Shown here one piece after another: positions 46,665 to 57,254 of a DNA stretch of 64,000 bases (its first letter is position 1; each line of letters starts with the position of its first letter). The DNA is taken from the NCBI GenBank assembly GCA_965209035.1, contig OZ242372.1:116497-180496 (forward strand), read 5' to 3'. Below the pieces are notes generated by a model. It searched no databases. It saw only the letters and a list, made by a program, of their open reading frames with translations, and had not been told where the DNA came from. Position numbers and translations under genes: made by a program. The stretch is from Gammaproteobacteria bacterium. Lineage in GTDB: Bacteria > Pseudomonadota > Gammaproteobacteria > CBDBNL01 > JAAOII01.

Positions 46665-47825
46665 ATGAAACAAAGACCGCCTGTCAAAAGTATGTCACCC
46701 AAAAGAGCGGTTCTCGGTTTGGCCGACGGCATGTCCCTGTTTGGCTATTCTTACGGAAAAACAAAACGCACCGCCGGCGAATTGGTATTCAATACTTCCA
46801 TAACCGGCTACCAAGAGATCATTACAGATCCTTCGTATATGGGGCAAATGATACTCTTCACTTATCCGCACATCGGCAATACCGGTACAAACGATGAGGA
46901 TAACGAATCTCTAAAAATTCATGCCGCCGGCGTCGTGATAAGAGATATTAGCCCGCTCGCTTCCAATTGGCGCGCCAAGGACACCTTAGATAGATTTCTT
47001 AAGAAAGGAAATTGCCCCGCCATTTACGGGCTGGATACGCGGATGCTAACCCGTCACCTGCGAGATCATGGTTGTCAAAATGCGGCGATTGTTCCTTTTG
47101 ATCAAAAAACAGACGAGAGAGTCGCGGCAAGCCTGGCCGTCGCGAACGCGCGCAAGCATCCGGCCATAGAATCCAAAAACCTGGCGGAACTTGCCGCAGG
47201 CGGCGGCAAGGCGTTCATTCAAAAAAGATCTTCCGCCAAAGGCAAACGGGGACCGATTGTCCTGACATACGATTGCGGCATCAAGCACAACATTATTCGT
47301 AACCTGGAAAAACGTAATTGCCGGGTTGTTTTGGCAACCCCGGACGAATCGGCATCCGCACTCCTACAAAAACACAAACCAAACGGAATTCTAATCTCCA
47401 ACGGACCCGGTGACCCGGCCGCATGCCAAAAAATCATAAACGATATTCAGTTTTTTCTGCAACAGCGTATCCCGCTGTTTGGTATTTGTCTGGGACATCA
47501 ATTGCTCGGGTTGGCAGCCGGCATGCACACTGTCAAGTTAAAGTTCGGACATCATGGGGCAAATCATCCGGTGCTGGATCATACCGACGGGATGATTCTT
47601 ATTAGCAGTCAAAATCACAACTTTGCACTCGGCGAAACGGATCTCCCCAAGAACATACGCATCAGCCATCGCTCGCTGTTTGACAATACCATTCAAGGAA
47701 TTGAGTTAACCGATTGCCCGGCATTTGCCTTTCAAGGGCATCCGGAAGCATCACCGGGACCGCACGAAGGCGAATATTTGTTTGACAAGTTCCTGCAAAT
47801 GATCCAAAAACATGCCCGCGCGTAA
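46665..47825 (+). CDS. carA: Carbamoyl-phosphate synthase small (glutaminase) subunit
   Basis: [19 protein letters not shown]...; GICLGHQLL...GHHGANHPV...[14 protein letters not shown]. Confidence 0.93.
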   Translation: MKQRPPVKSMSPKRAVLGLADGMSLFGYSYGKTKRTAGELVFNTSITGYQEIITDPSYMGQMILFTYPHIGNTGTNDEDNESLKIHAAGVVIRDISPLASNWRAKDTLDRFLKKGNCPAIYGLDTRMLTRHLRDHGCQNAAIVPFDQKTDERVAASLAVANARKHPAIESKNLAELAAGGGKAFIQKRSSAKGKRGPIVLTYDCGIKHNIIRNLEKRNCRVVLATPDESASALLQKHKPNGILISNGPGDPAACQKIINDIQFFLQQRIPLFGICLGHQLLGLAAGMHTVKLKFGHHGANHPVLDHTDGMILISSQNHNFALGETDLPKNIRISHRSLFDNTIQGIELTDCPAFAFQGHPEASPGPHEGEYLFDKFLQMIQKHARA

Positions 47826-50800
47826 GGATCTGAAGAAAATTTTGTTAATCGGCTCGGGGCCGATTATCATTGGTCAGGCCTGTGAGTTTGACTATTCGGG
47901 CGTTCAAGCGTGTCGTGCCCTGCGCGAGGAAGGATGTGAAGTCATTCTTGTTAACTCAAATCCCGCCACGATCATGACAGACCCGCAAGTGGCGGACAAA
48001 ACTTACCTTGAACCATTGGTGCCGGCAACACTGCAAAAAATCATTAAACGGGAAAAGCCGGATGCCGTCTTACCCACCATGGGCGGCCAAACGGCACTCA
48101 ATCTCACCATGCAACTGGAAGAGTTTCTCAAAAAGCAACGGGTGGAAATCATCGGCGCTTCCATGAAAACGATCAATAAAGCCGAGAACCGCGAAGAATT
48201 TACCAAAGCCATGCATCACATCGGCCTCAAAACACCCAAAGCATTAATTGCCAAAAACATTCAAGAAGCATTGGAAGCCTGCGAGGAACTGGGTTTTCCG
48301 ATCATCATCCGCCCCTCCTTCACACTGGGCGGCAGCGGCGGCGGAATTGCTTACAACAGAGAAGAATTTCTGCAAATCTGCCACAGCGGTTTTCAACTCT
48401 CGCCGGTGCATAGCATTCAACTGGACAAATCTCTCATCGGCTGGAAAGAATATGAACTGGAAGTTGTCCGCGATCGCAAGGATAACTGCATTATCGTCTG
48501 CTCCATTGAAAACCTGGACCCGATGGGAATTCATACGGGCGACTCTGTCACGGTGGCGCCGGTTCAAACTCTGACCGACAAAGAATACCAAAAAATGCGA
48601 ACATCGGCTATCCGTGTCCTGCGCGAAGTCGGTGTGGAAACCGGCGGTGCAAATGTGCAGTTTGCCGTTTGCCCGACAACCGGCGAGCAGTTAGTTGTGG
48701 AAATGAACCCGCGCGTATCCCGCTCCTCGGCATTGGCATCCAAAGCCACCGGGTTTCCCATAGCGCGCGTGGCGGCAAAACTTGCCATCGGCTATACTCT
48801 GGACGAACTTTGCAATGAAATTACCGGCAATGCCATACCCTCTTCGTTTGAGCCCACCATAGACTATGTGGTAACCAAAATCCCGCGCTTTGATTTCAGG
48901 AAGTTTGAACTTGCCGACAGCAGGCTCACCACGCAAATGAAATCGGTCGGCGAAGTCATGGCAATTGGCCGCAACTTTAATGAATCCCTGCAAAAAGCAC
49001 TGGCGGGATTGGAAAACGGTTTTTCCGGTCTTAACCCAATTTGCCCCGCGGAAAATCCTAACGAAATTAGCGAAATTAGCAAAATTTTGGAACGCGAACT
49101 CAAGTCCCCCCGCCCGGAACGTCTCTTTTATATTGCCGATGCCCTTCGGTATCATTGGACCTGCGAAAAAATTCATCGCCTAACCGGCATAGACCCTTGG
49201 TTTATCGCGCACCTGCAAAAACTTGTCCGAATGGAAAACGATTTGGCAAACAAAAAAATCGGGAATCTCGATATGGAGGAACTGCGCTCTTACAAACGCG
49301 AAGGTTTCACAGACATACGACTAGCGGAACTCCTGGGCGGCGACGAACACCGGATGCGCGCCGCCCGGCACAAGTTTGGACTGCATCCCGTTTACAAACG
49401 GGTCGATTCCTGTGCGGCCGAGTTTCCCGCGGCGAGTGCTTATCTGTATTCAACCTATGATACCGAGTGTGAAGCAACCCCATCCGACAAACAAAAGATT
49501 GTGGTACTTGGCAGCGGTCCGAACCGCATCGGACAAGGAATAGAGTTTGATTATTGTTGTGTTCATGTCACCCAAGAAATTCGGAATATGGGTTTTGAAG
49601 CGATTATGATTAATTGCAATCCCGAAACAGTTTCCACAGACTACGACATTTCGGATAAGTTGTATTTTGAACCGCTGACTTTGGAACACACATTGGAAGT
49701 CATTCGGCGGGAAAATCCCTGCGGCACTCTGGTGCAATACGGAGGGCAAACACCGCTGAAACTGGCAATGCCCTTAACAAAAGAAGGGGTTAGTCTGCTC
49801 GGCACTTCGGCACAGGTCATTGACAAGGCGGAAGATCGGGAAGAGTTCCGGCACATCATTGAGCAACTGAAACTCAAGCAAGCAAAAAACGCCACCTTCA
49901 CGAGTGCCGAGAAGGCCGGCAAGTATGCGGATAAAACGGGTTACCCGTTAATTGTTCGTCCCTCTTATGTTCTCGGCGGGCAAGCAATGCGGGTGGTGTT
50001 TAACAACAAAGAACTTGCGGAATACTTTACCGAAGCCGTGCGCGTATCCGGTAAAAACCCCGTTCTGCTGGACACTTTTTTGGACAGAGCCACGGAGGTG
50101 GATGTGGATGCCGTCAGTGACGGGAAAGATACTTTTATTGGCGGGATCATGCAGCATATTGAAGAGGCGGGAGTGCACTCGGGGGATTCTTCGGCATGCA
50201 TACCGCCGCATTCTCTGCTGCCGGGGCAGGTCCGAGAAATTGCCCGTCAAACCCGCTTACTCGCCAAAACGCTCGGGGTCTGCGGGCTTCTCAACATTCA
50301 GTTTGCAATTCAAGACAAAAACATTTATGTTTTGGAAATCAATCCGCGCGCATCCCGCACCACGCCGTTTATTTCAAAAGTGATCGGGCTTTCATTGCCG
50401 AGACTGGCTGTCAAGATTGCCCTGGGCGCAACCCTAAAAGATTTGCTGGGAGACCGCCTCAACGCGATATCGCCTCCTCATTCTTACTATGCGGTCAAAG
50501 AATCCGTCTTTCCGTTCAATAAGTTTCCCGGCACGGATCCCATTTTGGGGCCGGAAATGAAATCCACCGGCGAGGTCATGGGCATTGGCACCACCTTTGC
50601 CGAGGCCTATTACAAGGCATCGCTTGCCGCCGGCATGAACATAGAATCGCTGCACAAACACAAAAGCCCCAAAGTATTTATCAGTGTGCGCGACAAAGAC
50701 AAGACGGCGGCTGTCGCCCTGGCGCGTCGTCTTCTAAAACTCGGTTTTGAACTGATTGTCACCAGCGGGACGGGGCAAGTGATGCAACAGCACAAGGTTG

Positions 50801-51060
50801 CGCATCGCCTCATCAACAAAGTTTACGAAGGAAGTCCGCACATAGTGGACATGATCAAAAACAAGGAAATTCATTTCATTGTCAATACTTGCGAAGGAAG
50901 GCAGTCCGTTGCCGATTCGGCAAGTATCCGCACCCAAGCATTACAACACAACCTTTGCTATACAACGACCATCGGCGGCGGTGATTCTCTTGTCGCCGCC
51001 CTGGAACATCAAAAAACCGATACGCTGCTCTCTCTGCAAGAAATCCTCGCCAACTCCTAA
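47812..51060 (+). CDS. carB: Carbamoyl-phosphate synthase large subunit
   Basis: 1082 aa. [23 protein letters not shown]..., a duplicated ATP-grasp and a C-terminal MGS-like domain. Confidence 0.95.
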   Translation: MPARKDLKKILLIGSGPIIIGQACEFDYSGVQACRALREEGCEVILVNSNPATIMTDPQVADKTYLEPLVPATLQKIIKREKPDAVLPTMGGQTALNLTMQLEEFLKKQRVEIIGASMKTINKAENREEFTKAMHHIGLKTPKALIAKNIQEALEACEELGFPIIIRPSFTLGGSGGGIAYNREEFLQICHSGFQLSPVHSIQLDKSLIGWKEYELEVVRDRKDNCIIVCSIENLDPMGIHTGDSVTVAPVQTLTDKEYQKMRTSAIRVLREVGVETGGANVQFAVCPTTGEQLVVEMNPRVSRSSALASKATGFPIARVAAKLAIGYTLDELCNEITGNAIPSSFEPTIDYVVTKIPRFDFRKFELADSRLTTQMKSVGEVMAIGRNFNESLQKALAGLENGFSGLNPICPAENPNEISEISKILERELKSPRPERLFYIADALRYHWTCEKIHRLTGIDPWFIAHLQKLVRMENDLANKKIGNLDMEELRSYKREGFTDIRLAELLGGDEHRMRAARHKFGLHPVYKRVDSCAAEFPAASAYLYSTYDTECEATPSDKQKIVVLGSGPNRIGQGIEFDYCCVHVTQEIRNMGFEAIMINCNPETVSTDYDISDKLYFEPLTLEHTLEVIRRENPCGTLVQYGGQTPLKLAMPLTKEGVSLLGTSAQVIDKAEDREEFRHIIEQLKLKQAKNATFTSAEKAGKYADKTGYPLIVRPSYVLGGQAMRVVFNNKELAEYFTEAVRVSGKNPVLLDTFLDRATEVDVDAVSDGKDTFIGGIMQHIEEAGVHSGDSSACIPPHSLLPGQVREIARQTRLLAKTLGVCGLLNIQFAIQDKNIYVLEINPRASRTTPFISKVIGLSLPRLAVKIALGATLKDLLGDRLNAISPPHSYYAVKESVFPFNKFPGTDPILGPEMKSTGEVMGIGTTFAEAYYKASLAAGMNIESLHKHKSPKVFISVRDKDKTAAVALARRLLKLGFELIVTSGTGQVMQQHKVAHRLINKVYEGSPHIVDMIKNKEIHFIVNTCEGRQSVADSASIRTQALQHNLCYTTTIGGGDSLVAALEHQKTDTLLSLQEILANS

Positions 51061-51338
51061 TCTGTCCCATCCCACCCGGTCTTGGACTCTGCGTGTTTGT
51101 CCGCACCGGGCCTCCGAACACCCGAACACCCGAACACCCGAATAAAAAACCGACACGCTGCCTGACACGCTGCCCTCTCTGCAAGAAATTCTTGCCAAAA
51201 ACTAATCTGTCTCATCCCACCCGGTCTTGAACTCTGCCTGTTTGTCCGCACCGGGCCTCCGAACACCCGAACACCCGAATAAAAAAACCGACACACTGCC
51301 CTCTCTGCAAGAAATCCTCGCCAAAAACTAATCTGTCC
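51011..51338 (+). repeat. About 2.4 tandem copies (133-137 bp) of a unit that starts inside the carB 3' end
   Basis: Each unit is AAAAAACCGA(T/C)ACGCTGC..CTCTCTGCAAGAAATCCTCGCCAA...CTAATCTGTCC, then a hairpin (CCCGGTCTTGGAC..GTCCGCACCGGG), then (GAACACCC)x2-3. New units start at 51144 and 51281. Confidence 0.85.
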
Positions 51339-51604
51339 TTAAAGAAAGAAAAAGAAAGAAAGATAAGAGTTTCGGTTTTTATGCTTTTATGCTTTTTGTG
51401 GTTTTAATGGCTTCTTATCACTGACTCCCGCTGCTTCCTTTAAAGCACCGGATTGATAAGAGATGGATCAAGGCTTGATGTTGTAGAAAAATTGCGGCTT
51501 ATTAAAGATGGACTCTTTGCCGCACACGCATCTCCGTTTCACAGAAGATTCACAGACACTTCGTCTTTATTTCACAGCCACTGCATCGCCGCCAAAATGA
51601 TCTG

Positions 51605-51627
51605 TTTGGCTCGCCGAAGCGGCCAAA
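51605..51627 (-). terminator. Stem-loop downstream of the lipoprotein gene
   Basis: On the minus strand it reads TTTGGCCGC-TTCG-GCGAGCCAAA (UUCG-type loop), about 55 nt after the stop. The T-run is weak. Confidence 0.35.
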
Positions 51628-51680
51628 CGAACTCTCGGTCTGCTTCTTGCTCTCGTTTCTACTTGCCCGCTGCTGACAGT

Positions 51681-53849
51681 CTACTGCCGTTGCTGCTGCT
51701 CTTCTACGCTGACAGGAAGACAGTTCAAAACGGGGTATTGGTTGGCATCGCCCAGATCCCAGAGACGCTCGAAGGAGCCGCCGGGGTCCGTCCTATTTTC
51801 TTGTATCTCGAGACTATCCGGATCACACCAGAAGTTGCCCCAATCGGCATAGATGCCGGTGAAAGTGGTCGGGTTTTGCAACTGTGCAGTTGCCAGAGGT
51901 GTGCCGTCGACCGTGAATCCGCTAATGCCCAATTGTCCGGTAGTCTGATTGTCCCAATAAGAGTCCGTGACCATTATGTTACTAGGGTTGCCAACAAGTC
52001 CACCGGTTACAGGCGCATCAGGACTAATATGACCGACAATGGGGCCGTTGGCCACATAAGAATAAGAGACTTTTGTCCGATGTCCTACACCAACCAAACC
52101 ACCAGTAGAGATTCCACCGGAAACACTGCCACCGACTATATAAACATGACGAAGTTCTGCATCCGTGGCACTACCCACAGCACCACCGACCGCACTATCG
52201 GACAAAAGAGTAACACCGGACACGGACACAGCATAAATATTATTATCTCTCCCAAGACCGACTAGACCACCAACCGTAATAAAACCTCTAATAGTAACAT
52301 CGGACACGGACACACCACGAATATTAACGCTTACTAATGATGAATCGACATCATCGCCATCACCAATCAGACCACCCACAGCACGCGCTGACGGACTCAT
52401 GATCATTCCCCCGGCGATTGTCAGATCTGCAAAGAGGCCAGCAAATGCCTTGCCTACCAGCAGCCCCACATCATTGGCACCGCCACGGACATTCACATCT
52501 CGGAGATGCAGATTTTGGATAGTGCCCTTTCCACTTAAGGCACCAAACAAGCCGACACCGTTGGCACTATTACTCGCAGCAATAAACAGATCCGCAATCG
52601 CATAACCCCGACCGTCAAACATTGCCGTATAAGAGGTGCAAACATCATTGGCAGTACAGGAGCCAATCGGCACCCAGCCGCTGCCCTCGCGATCCGTCCA
52701 AGTAGATTGCTTGTCGCTGTTCTCTTCATAAGATGCCTCTTGACTAAAGTTCAACGAGCGGGCCAGTTCATAACCCAAGCAGCCGCCGTCGGGACAGCCC
52801 GCAGAACCCACAGGAGTAATTCCCGGAAACACATTGTCATCCTCCCCATCGCCATCCAGATCATCGCGCAGTAGAGCTAATTGATCCAAAGTGCGAATCT
52901 CTATTAAGCCGTTATTGTCATCATCCATATCTTCCGTCAAAGGCGATGTCGTGCAACCCGGCACCAAACTATCCGGCTTGTCGTCATTATCTGTGTCGGT
53001 ACTCGCGCAGGCATCGGTCTCGAATGCATCCGTTGCATCCGGAACACCATCATTATCATCGTCCAAATCTGCCGTCAAGTCTGTATCACAGCCGGCAACC
53101 AAAGTATCCGGGATGCCATCTTCGTCCGTATCGGTGCCGGCACAGGCATCCGCTCGGAATGCATCCGTTGCATCCAAAACTCCGTCTCCGTCAATGTCTC
53201 CATCGGGGTTAATTCGCGCAGATCCGGTCCTCGCCGGGCCGGGCGGCGAAAAAGATGCCGAGCGGCTATTTTCATAGATCACCATAATCGTCAGTGTGTA
53301 GTTGGCATTGTCCGTCAGATCCTCAATCGTGACGATCACGCGCGCCTCTGCCGAGACATTGACATCCGCAGCCGTGAATACCTGCGCGTCGCCGTCGTTC
53401 GGATCTGCCGTATTTTCCCAGAAAACATTAAATCTGTTAATATCCGGTTGATTCGGATTCTTCCAAGCGACCACAATACTCGTATCCGTATTCCCCGCCA
53501 CAAACTCAACTGTGGAAACGGGTGCGGGGCCGCCACCACCTGAACCGCCGCCACCGCCGCCACCACCACCGCCACAGCCGACAAGAAGCAAAGCAAAGCC
53601 CAACATACCCGTCAGCAGAGCGGTGCCTAATGAACAAGACGAACGGGATGAACGAAATGACCGTTTCAGCCGCAAGGAAGCATTCGCTGCCGGAGTGGGC
53701 GGCCATGCAAGCCGACCGGCAACCCAGCCGCCAAACGACATCATAGTATTGAAAATATCATTAAAGCCCTGTGCGCATGCCGGGCGGGACAGTCGGACGG
53801 ATGTTTCTCTCACCGACCGAACTGATAAAAGGTTTAACTTATTGAGCAT
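51681..53849 (-). CDS. Large lipoprotein with a poly-Gly linker, FN3-like domain, thrombospondin-type-3-like Ca-binding repeats and GLUG-motif repeats
   Basis: Lipobox FALLLVGC followed by G10SG4. Asp-rich repeats are DGDGVLDATDAF..DTDEDGIPD..DDDNDGVPDATDAF..DTDNDDKPD. Repeated GGL(I/V)G modules (GLFGALSG, VGGLIGDG, VGGLVGLG, TGGLVGVG, TGGLVGN). The true start is probably internal to the 722-aa ORF. Confidence 0.75.
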   Translation of the reverse strand: MLNKLNLLSVRSVRETSVRLSRPACAQGFNDIFNTMMSFGGWVAGRLAWPPTPAANASLRLKRSFRSSRSSCSLGTALLTGMLGFALLLVGCGGGGGGGGGGSGGGGPAPVSTVEFVAGNTDTSIVVAWKNPNQPDINRFNVFWENTADPNDGDAQVFTAADVNVSAEARVIVTIEDLTDNANYTLTIMVIYENSRSASFSPPGPARTGSARINPDGDIDGDGVLDATDAFRADACAGTDTDEDGIPDTLVAGCDTDLTADLDDDNDGVPDATDAFETDACASTDTDNDDKPDSLVPGCTTSPLTEDMDDDNNGLIEIRTLDQLALLRDDLDGDGEDDNVFPGITPVGSAGCPDGGCLGYELARSLNFSQEASYEENSDKQSTWTDREGSGWVPIGSCTANDVCTSYTAMFDGRGYAIADLFIAASNSANGVGLFGALSGKGTIQNLHLRDVNVRGGANDVGLLVGKAFAGLFADLTIAGGMIMSPSARAVGGLIGDGDDVDSSLVSVNIRGVSVSDVTIRGFITVGGLVGLGRDNNIYAVSVSGVTLLSDSAVGGAVGSATDAELRHVYIVGGSVSGGISTGGLVGVGHRTKVSYSYVANGPIVGHISPDAPVTGGLVGNPSNIMVTDSYWDNQTTGQLGISGFTVDGTPLATAQLQNPTTFTGIYADWGNFWCDPDSLEIQENRTDPGGSFERLWDLGDANQYPVLNCLPVSVEEQQQRQ

Positions 53850-53953
53850 TTTTTAATATGGTTACGAATTAATTTTTATAAAAATTTTGTAGACTTTCAT
53901 TATAACTTAACTTTCAAAATAATCATCATGCAAATCATTATGCAATGTTGTAA

Positions 53954-54102
53954 CATCCCATCCGGTTTTGGACTCTGCGTGTTTGTCCGCACCGGGCCGC
54001 CGAACACCCGAACATCCGAATAAAAAAACCGACACGCTGCCCGACATTTTGCCCGACACACGGCCCTCTCTGCAAGAAATCCTCGCCAAAACTTAATCTG
54101 TC
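53954..54102 (+). repeat. Distal copy of the carB-3'-end repeat unit
   Basis: CATCCCATCCGGTTTTGGACTCTGCGTGTTTGTCCGCACCGGGCC..GAACACCCGAACATCCGAAT AAAAAAACCGACACGCTGCC...CTCTCTGCAAGAAATCCTCGCCAAAACTTAATCTGTCC. It has the same orientation as 51011-51338. Confidence 0.85.
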
Positions 54103-54225
54103 CTTAATATAAAGATTTTAGTTTTTGCGGCTTCTTATAATATCCTTATGGTTACTATTTTTGCTAACTTGCTTAAAAACTAAAACAATATAATTAATCT
54201 TAAATAATAAATCAATAATAATTCA

Positions 54226-54651
54226 ATGATGTTTAAAAAAATTACTTCTTGGGTGCTTTCTTTGTGGATCGCCTTTGTATTTGTTCAATCCTTATTCTTT
54301 AAATTCACCAATTCGCCGGATACGCAACACATTTTCGGCACCATTGGCGATTGGATGCAAACAAATTTTTTACAGCCCCTGGCAACCCCGTTTGCTCTTT
54401 ACGGCGGCTATACCATAGGAACTTTGGAATTGATCGCCTCGATCTTTCTGATTATTCTCCCGCGCTATCGCCCTTTGGGGGCTATGCTGGCATTGTGCCT
54501 AATGACAGGCGCGATCTTCTTTCATGTTTTTACTCCGTTGGGAATCAATGTGCAAGGAGACGGCGGCATTCTGTTTTACATGGCATGCTCCGTATGGGTA
54601 GCCGCATTCATCCTCTTGGCAGTTACCGGTCGCGCCCGTTGGGCGGTTTGA
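54226..54651 (+). CDS. DoxX-family small membrane protein
   Basis: 141 aa with four hydrophobic segments and a G.LELIASIFL-type motif. Confidence 0.5.
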   Translation: MMFKKITSWVLSLWIAFVFVQSLFFKFTNSPDTQHIFGTIGDWMQTNFLQPLATPFALYGGYTIGTLELIASIFLIILPRYRPLGAMLALCLMTGAIFFHVFTPLGINVQGDGGILFYMACSVWVAAFILLAVTGRARWAV

Positions 54652-54657
54652 CGGTTT

Positions 54658-55638
54658 TTGTTTTTTATTAAAGAAACAGCCCAACCAAGCCAGCCCCCCA
54701 TCAACCCACAGCCCGATACCAATCCCGATTCCGTCCCCGCACTCAGCGTCCGGGGACTGAGTAAGGTTTATGCCAACGGCGTTGTCGCCCTTAAAGATGT
54801 CAGTTTGGATGTCCGCCAAAAGGACTTCTTTGCTCTCCTGGGCGAAAACGGCGCCGGTAAAACAACCTTATTGGGAATTGTCTGCTCTCTGGTCAACAAG
54901 AGCCGGGGGGAAGTCAAAATATTTGGCGATGACCTGCTCACGCAAACCTCGCGCGCCAAAAGCCATATCGGCTTAGTGCCGCAAGAGTTTAACTTTAATA
55001 TTTTTCAGAAGGTCCGCAATATTGTTTATCAACAGGGCGGCTATTACGGCATGCCATTAAATGAGATCAAAGCGCGCGGCGAAAAGTATCTGCGCAAACT
55101 GGACCTGTGGGATAAGCGTGACGAGCAATCAAACACCCTGTCCGGCGGGATGAAGCGGCGGTTGATGATTGCACGCGCCCTGATTCACGAACCCCGACTG
55201 CTCATCTTGGACGAACCGACGGCGGGTGTGGATATTGAAATCCGCCACTCTATGTGGGATTTTCTGCAAGAACTTAACCGGAACGGTAAAACAATCATCC
55301 TGACAACACACTATCTGGAAGAAGCCGAGCAACTTTGTCGCAATGTTGCCATTATTCACGAAGGCCGCATTATCGCCAATAACAGCATGCAAGCACTTTT
55401 ACGCCAGTTGGGGGAACGAACCTACATCATAGAAACCAATAACACCCTGCCCGCCGAAATTCGCGGCGATTTTTACGAGGGGCGGCGATTGGATGACAAT
55501 ACCCTGGAAGTGCGTCTGGACAAACAATACGGACTTAACAAACTGTTTCGCGATCTGGATAACAAAAAATTGGACATTGCCAATGTGGATATCAAAGACA
55601 ACCGACTGGAGAGTGCCTTCTTGGAATTAACCAAATGA
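54658..55638 (+). CDS. ABC transporter ATP-binding protein (ABC-2 type exporter)
   Basis: Walker A GENGAGKTT, signature LSGGMKRR and Walker B LLILDEPTAGVD. The TTG start is uncertain. Confidence 0.88.
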   Translation: MFFIKETAQPSQPPINPQPDTNPDSVPALSVRGLSKVYANGVVALKDVSLDVRQKDFFALLGENGAGKTTLLGIVCSLVNKSRGEVKIFGDDLLTQTSRAKSHIGLVPQEFNFNIFQKVRNIVYQQGGYYGMPLNEIKARGEKYLRKLDLWDKRDEQSNTLSGGMKRRLMIARALIHEPRLLILDEPTAGVDIEIRHSMWDFLQELNRNGKTIILTTHYLEEAEQLCRNVAIIHEGRIIANNSMQALLRQLGERTYIIETNNTLPAEIRGDFYEGRRLDDNTLEVRLDKQYGLNKLFRDLDNKKLDIANVDIKDNRLESAFLELTK

Positions 55639-56408
55639 ACGCGCAACAACTTCTCGTCTCGTTTTATACCATTTTCTATAAAGAAACTTACAGATATTGC
55701 CGTCTTTGGCGTCAGACCCTGTTGCCACCCGCCATCACGATGACCCTTTACTACACAATTTTTGGCAATCTGATAGGGCCGCGCATCGGCGAAATGGGCG
55801 GGTTCTCTTATATGCAGTTCATCGTTCCCGGACTTGTCATGCTTTCAATCATTACCGGCGCTTACAGCAATGTTGTCTCGTCCTTTTACGGGGAAAAGTT
55901 TCAACGCAGTTTGCAAGAACTTCTTGTTTCGCCCACACCACCGGTCATTATTTTGTTGGGGTTCATCCTCAGCAGTGCCCTGCGCGGCATCCTGGTCGGG
56001 ATTGTTGTTTTGTTGTTGTCCCTGTTTTTTACCGAATTATCCATCCATAGTATCGGCACGATTATCTGGGTGGTGATATTAACTTCCGTTTTGTTTGCTT
56101 GCATGGGCATGATCAACGCCATTTACGCCCAAAGTTTTGATGATGTCACAGTCATCCCCAACTTCGTTCTCACCCCGCTTACTTATCTTGGCGGTATTTT
56201 TTATTCCATAGATCTGCTGCCGAGTTTTTGGCAAAAGGTTTCATTACTGAACCCGATTCTTTACATGGTCAACGCGTTTCGCTATGGTGTTCTGGGGGTC
56301 ACGGATATTCCTCTCCTGTACTCGTTTGGTATCATCTGCTTCTTTTCCATTGCCTTGTTCTCGGCATGTTGGTATATGCTCGCAAAAGGCATCGGGATTA
56401 GAACCTAA
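55635..56408 (+). CDS. ABC-2 family transporter permease
   Basis: 257 aa with six TM segments. It overlaps the ATPase stop by 4 nt. Confidence 0.8.
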   Translation: MNAQQLLVSFYTIFYKETYRYCRLWRQTLLPPAITMTLYYTIFGNLIGPRIGEMGGFSYMQFIVPGLVMLSIITGAYSNVVSSFYGEKFQRSLQELLVSPTPPVIILLGFILSSALRGILVGIVVLLLSLFFTELSIHSIGTIIWVVILTSVLFACMGMINAIYAQSFDDVTVIPNFVLTPLTYLGGIFYSIDLLPSFWQKVSLLNPILYMVNAFRYGVLGVTDIPLLYSFGIICFFSIALFSACWYMLAKGIGIRT

Positions 56409-56480
56409 ATTGCCGGTGTTTTTTATGTTCATCCCGGACACAAAACATAAAAATTACTCTGTTATGGTTACAGTGACTCG

Positions 56481-57215
56481 GTGGCGGTAAAAATAAAAAT
56501 TTGCGGACTCACGGAAGCCGAAAAAGCCCGTTATGCCGCGATGCTTGGCGCTTCCGCTATCGGGTTAATATTCCATTCCGCCAGTCCCCGTAATGTGACA
56601 CCGGCACAGGCGGCCGAGATTCGCAATGCACTGCCACCCTTCACTTCCGCGGTTGCTGTCCTGGTCAACCCGAGTGCCTCGTTTGTTGAAACCATCTTAA
56701 AAATTGTCCGACCGGATATTTTGCAGTTTCACGGCGACGAGTCCGAAAAGTTCTGCGCTTCCTTTGGCATGCCTTACATCAAAAGCATTCGCGCCCTGTC
56801 GCAAGATCGGATAAAGCAAGAGGCGCTCAGTTATCCGTCCGCGGCCGCGTTTTTATTGGATACGGCGAACTCGGGACCGGGCTCGGATCCAAACTCGGAT
56901 CCAAACTTGGATAGGCACGATTACGGCGGGAGCGGCAAAACTTTTGATTGGGCACAAATTCCGCGGGACCTGCCCAAACCGACGATCATCGCCGGCGGTC
57001 TAAACCCGGATAATGTGGGCGCACTTCTGCGAACTTATCGGCCCTATGCGGTAGATGTCAGCAGCGGTGTGGAAGCGGACAAGATCTCGGGAATGGGAAT
57101 GAACACTGGAATGGGGGAGGAAATGAATATGGGAATTAAAGACAAGCAAAAAATTGCCAACTTTATCGCGCAGGTCCGTAATGCCCGGCTCGGTACGACA
57201 ACAGCCCCGCGTTAA
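56481..57215 (+). CDS. trpF: N-(5'-phosphoribosyl)anthranilate isomerase with low-complexity inserts
   Basis: VKIKICGLT..., LQFHGDES, GGSGKTFDW, IAGGLNPDNV and AVDVSSGVE. GTG start. Confidence 0.85.
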   Translation: MAVKIKICGLTEAEKARYAAMLGASAIGLIFHSASPRNVTPAQAAEIRNALPPFTSAVAVLVNPSASFVETILKIVRPDILQFHGDESEKFCASFGMPYIKSIRALSQDRIKQEALSYPSAAAFLLDTANSGPGSDPNSDPNLDRHDYGGSGKTFDWAQIPRDLPKPTIIAGGLNPDNVGALLRTYRPYAVDVSSGVEADKISGMGMNTGMGEEMNMGIKDKQKIANFIAQVRNARLGTTTAPR

Positions 57216-57254
57216 TATTGCAACAACCGTCAGTTTGCCGTGATTGCTTTTTCT

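Noticed and set aside
51453-52265. 270-aa plus-strand ORF
   Set aside because: It lies antisense to the GLUG/TSP3 lipoprotein gene, whose repeat and domain structure is convincing. Its composition is the mirror of the Gly/Asp-rich sense strand.
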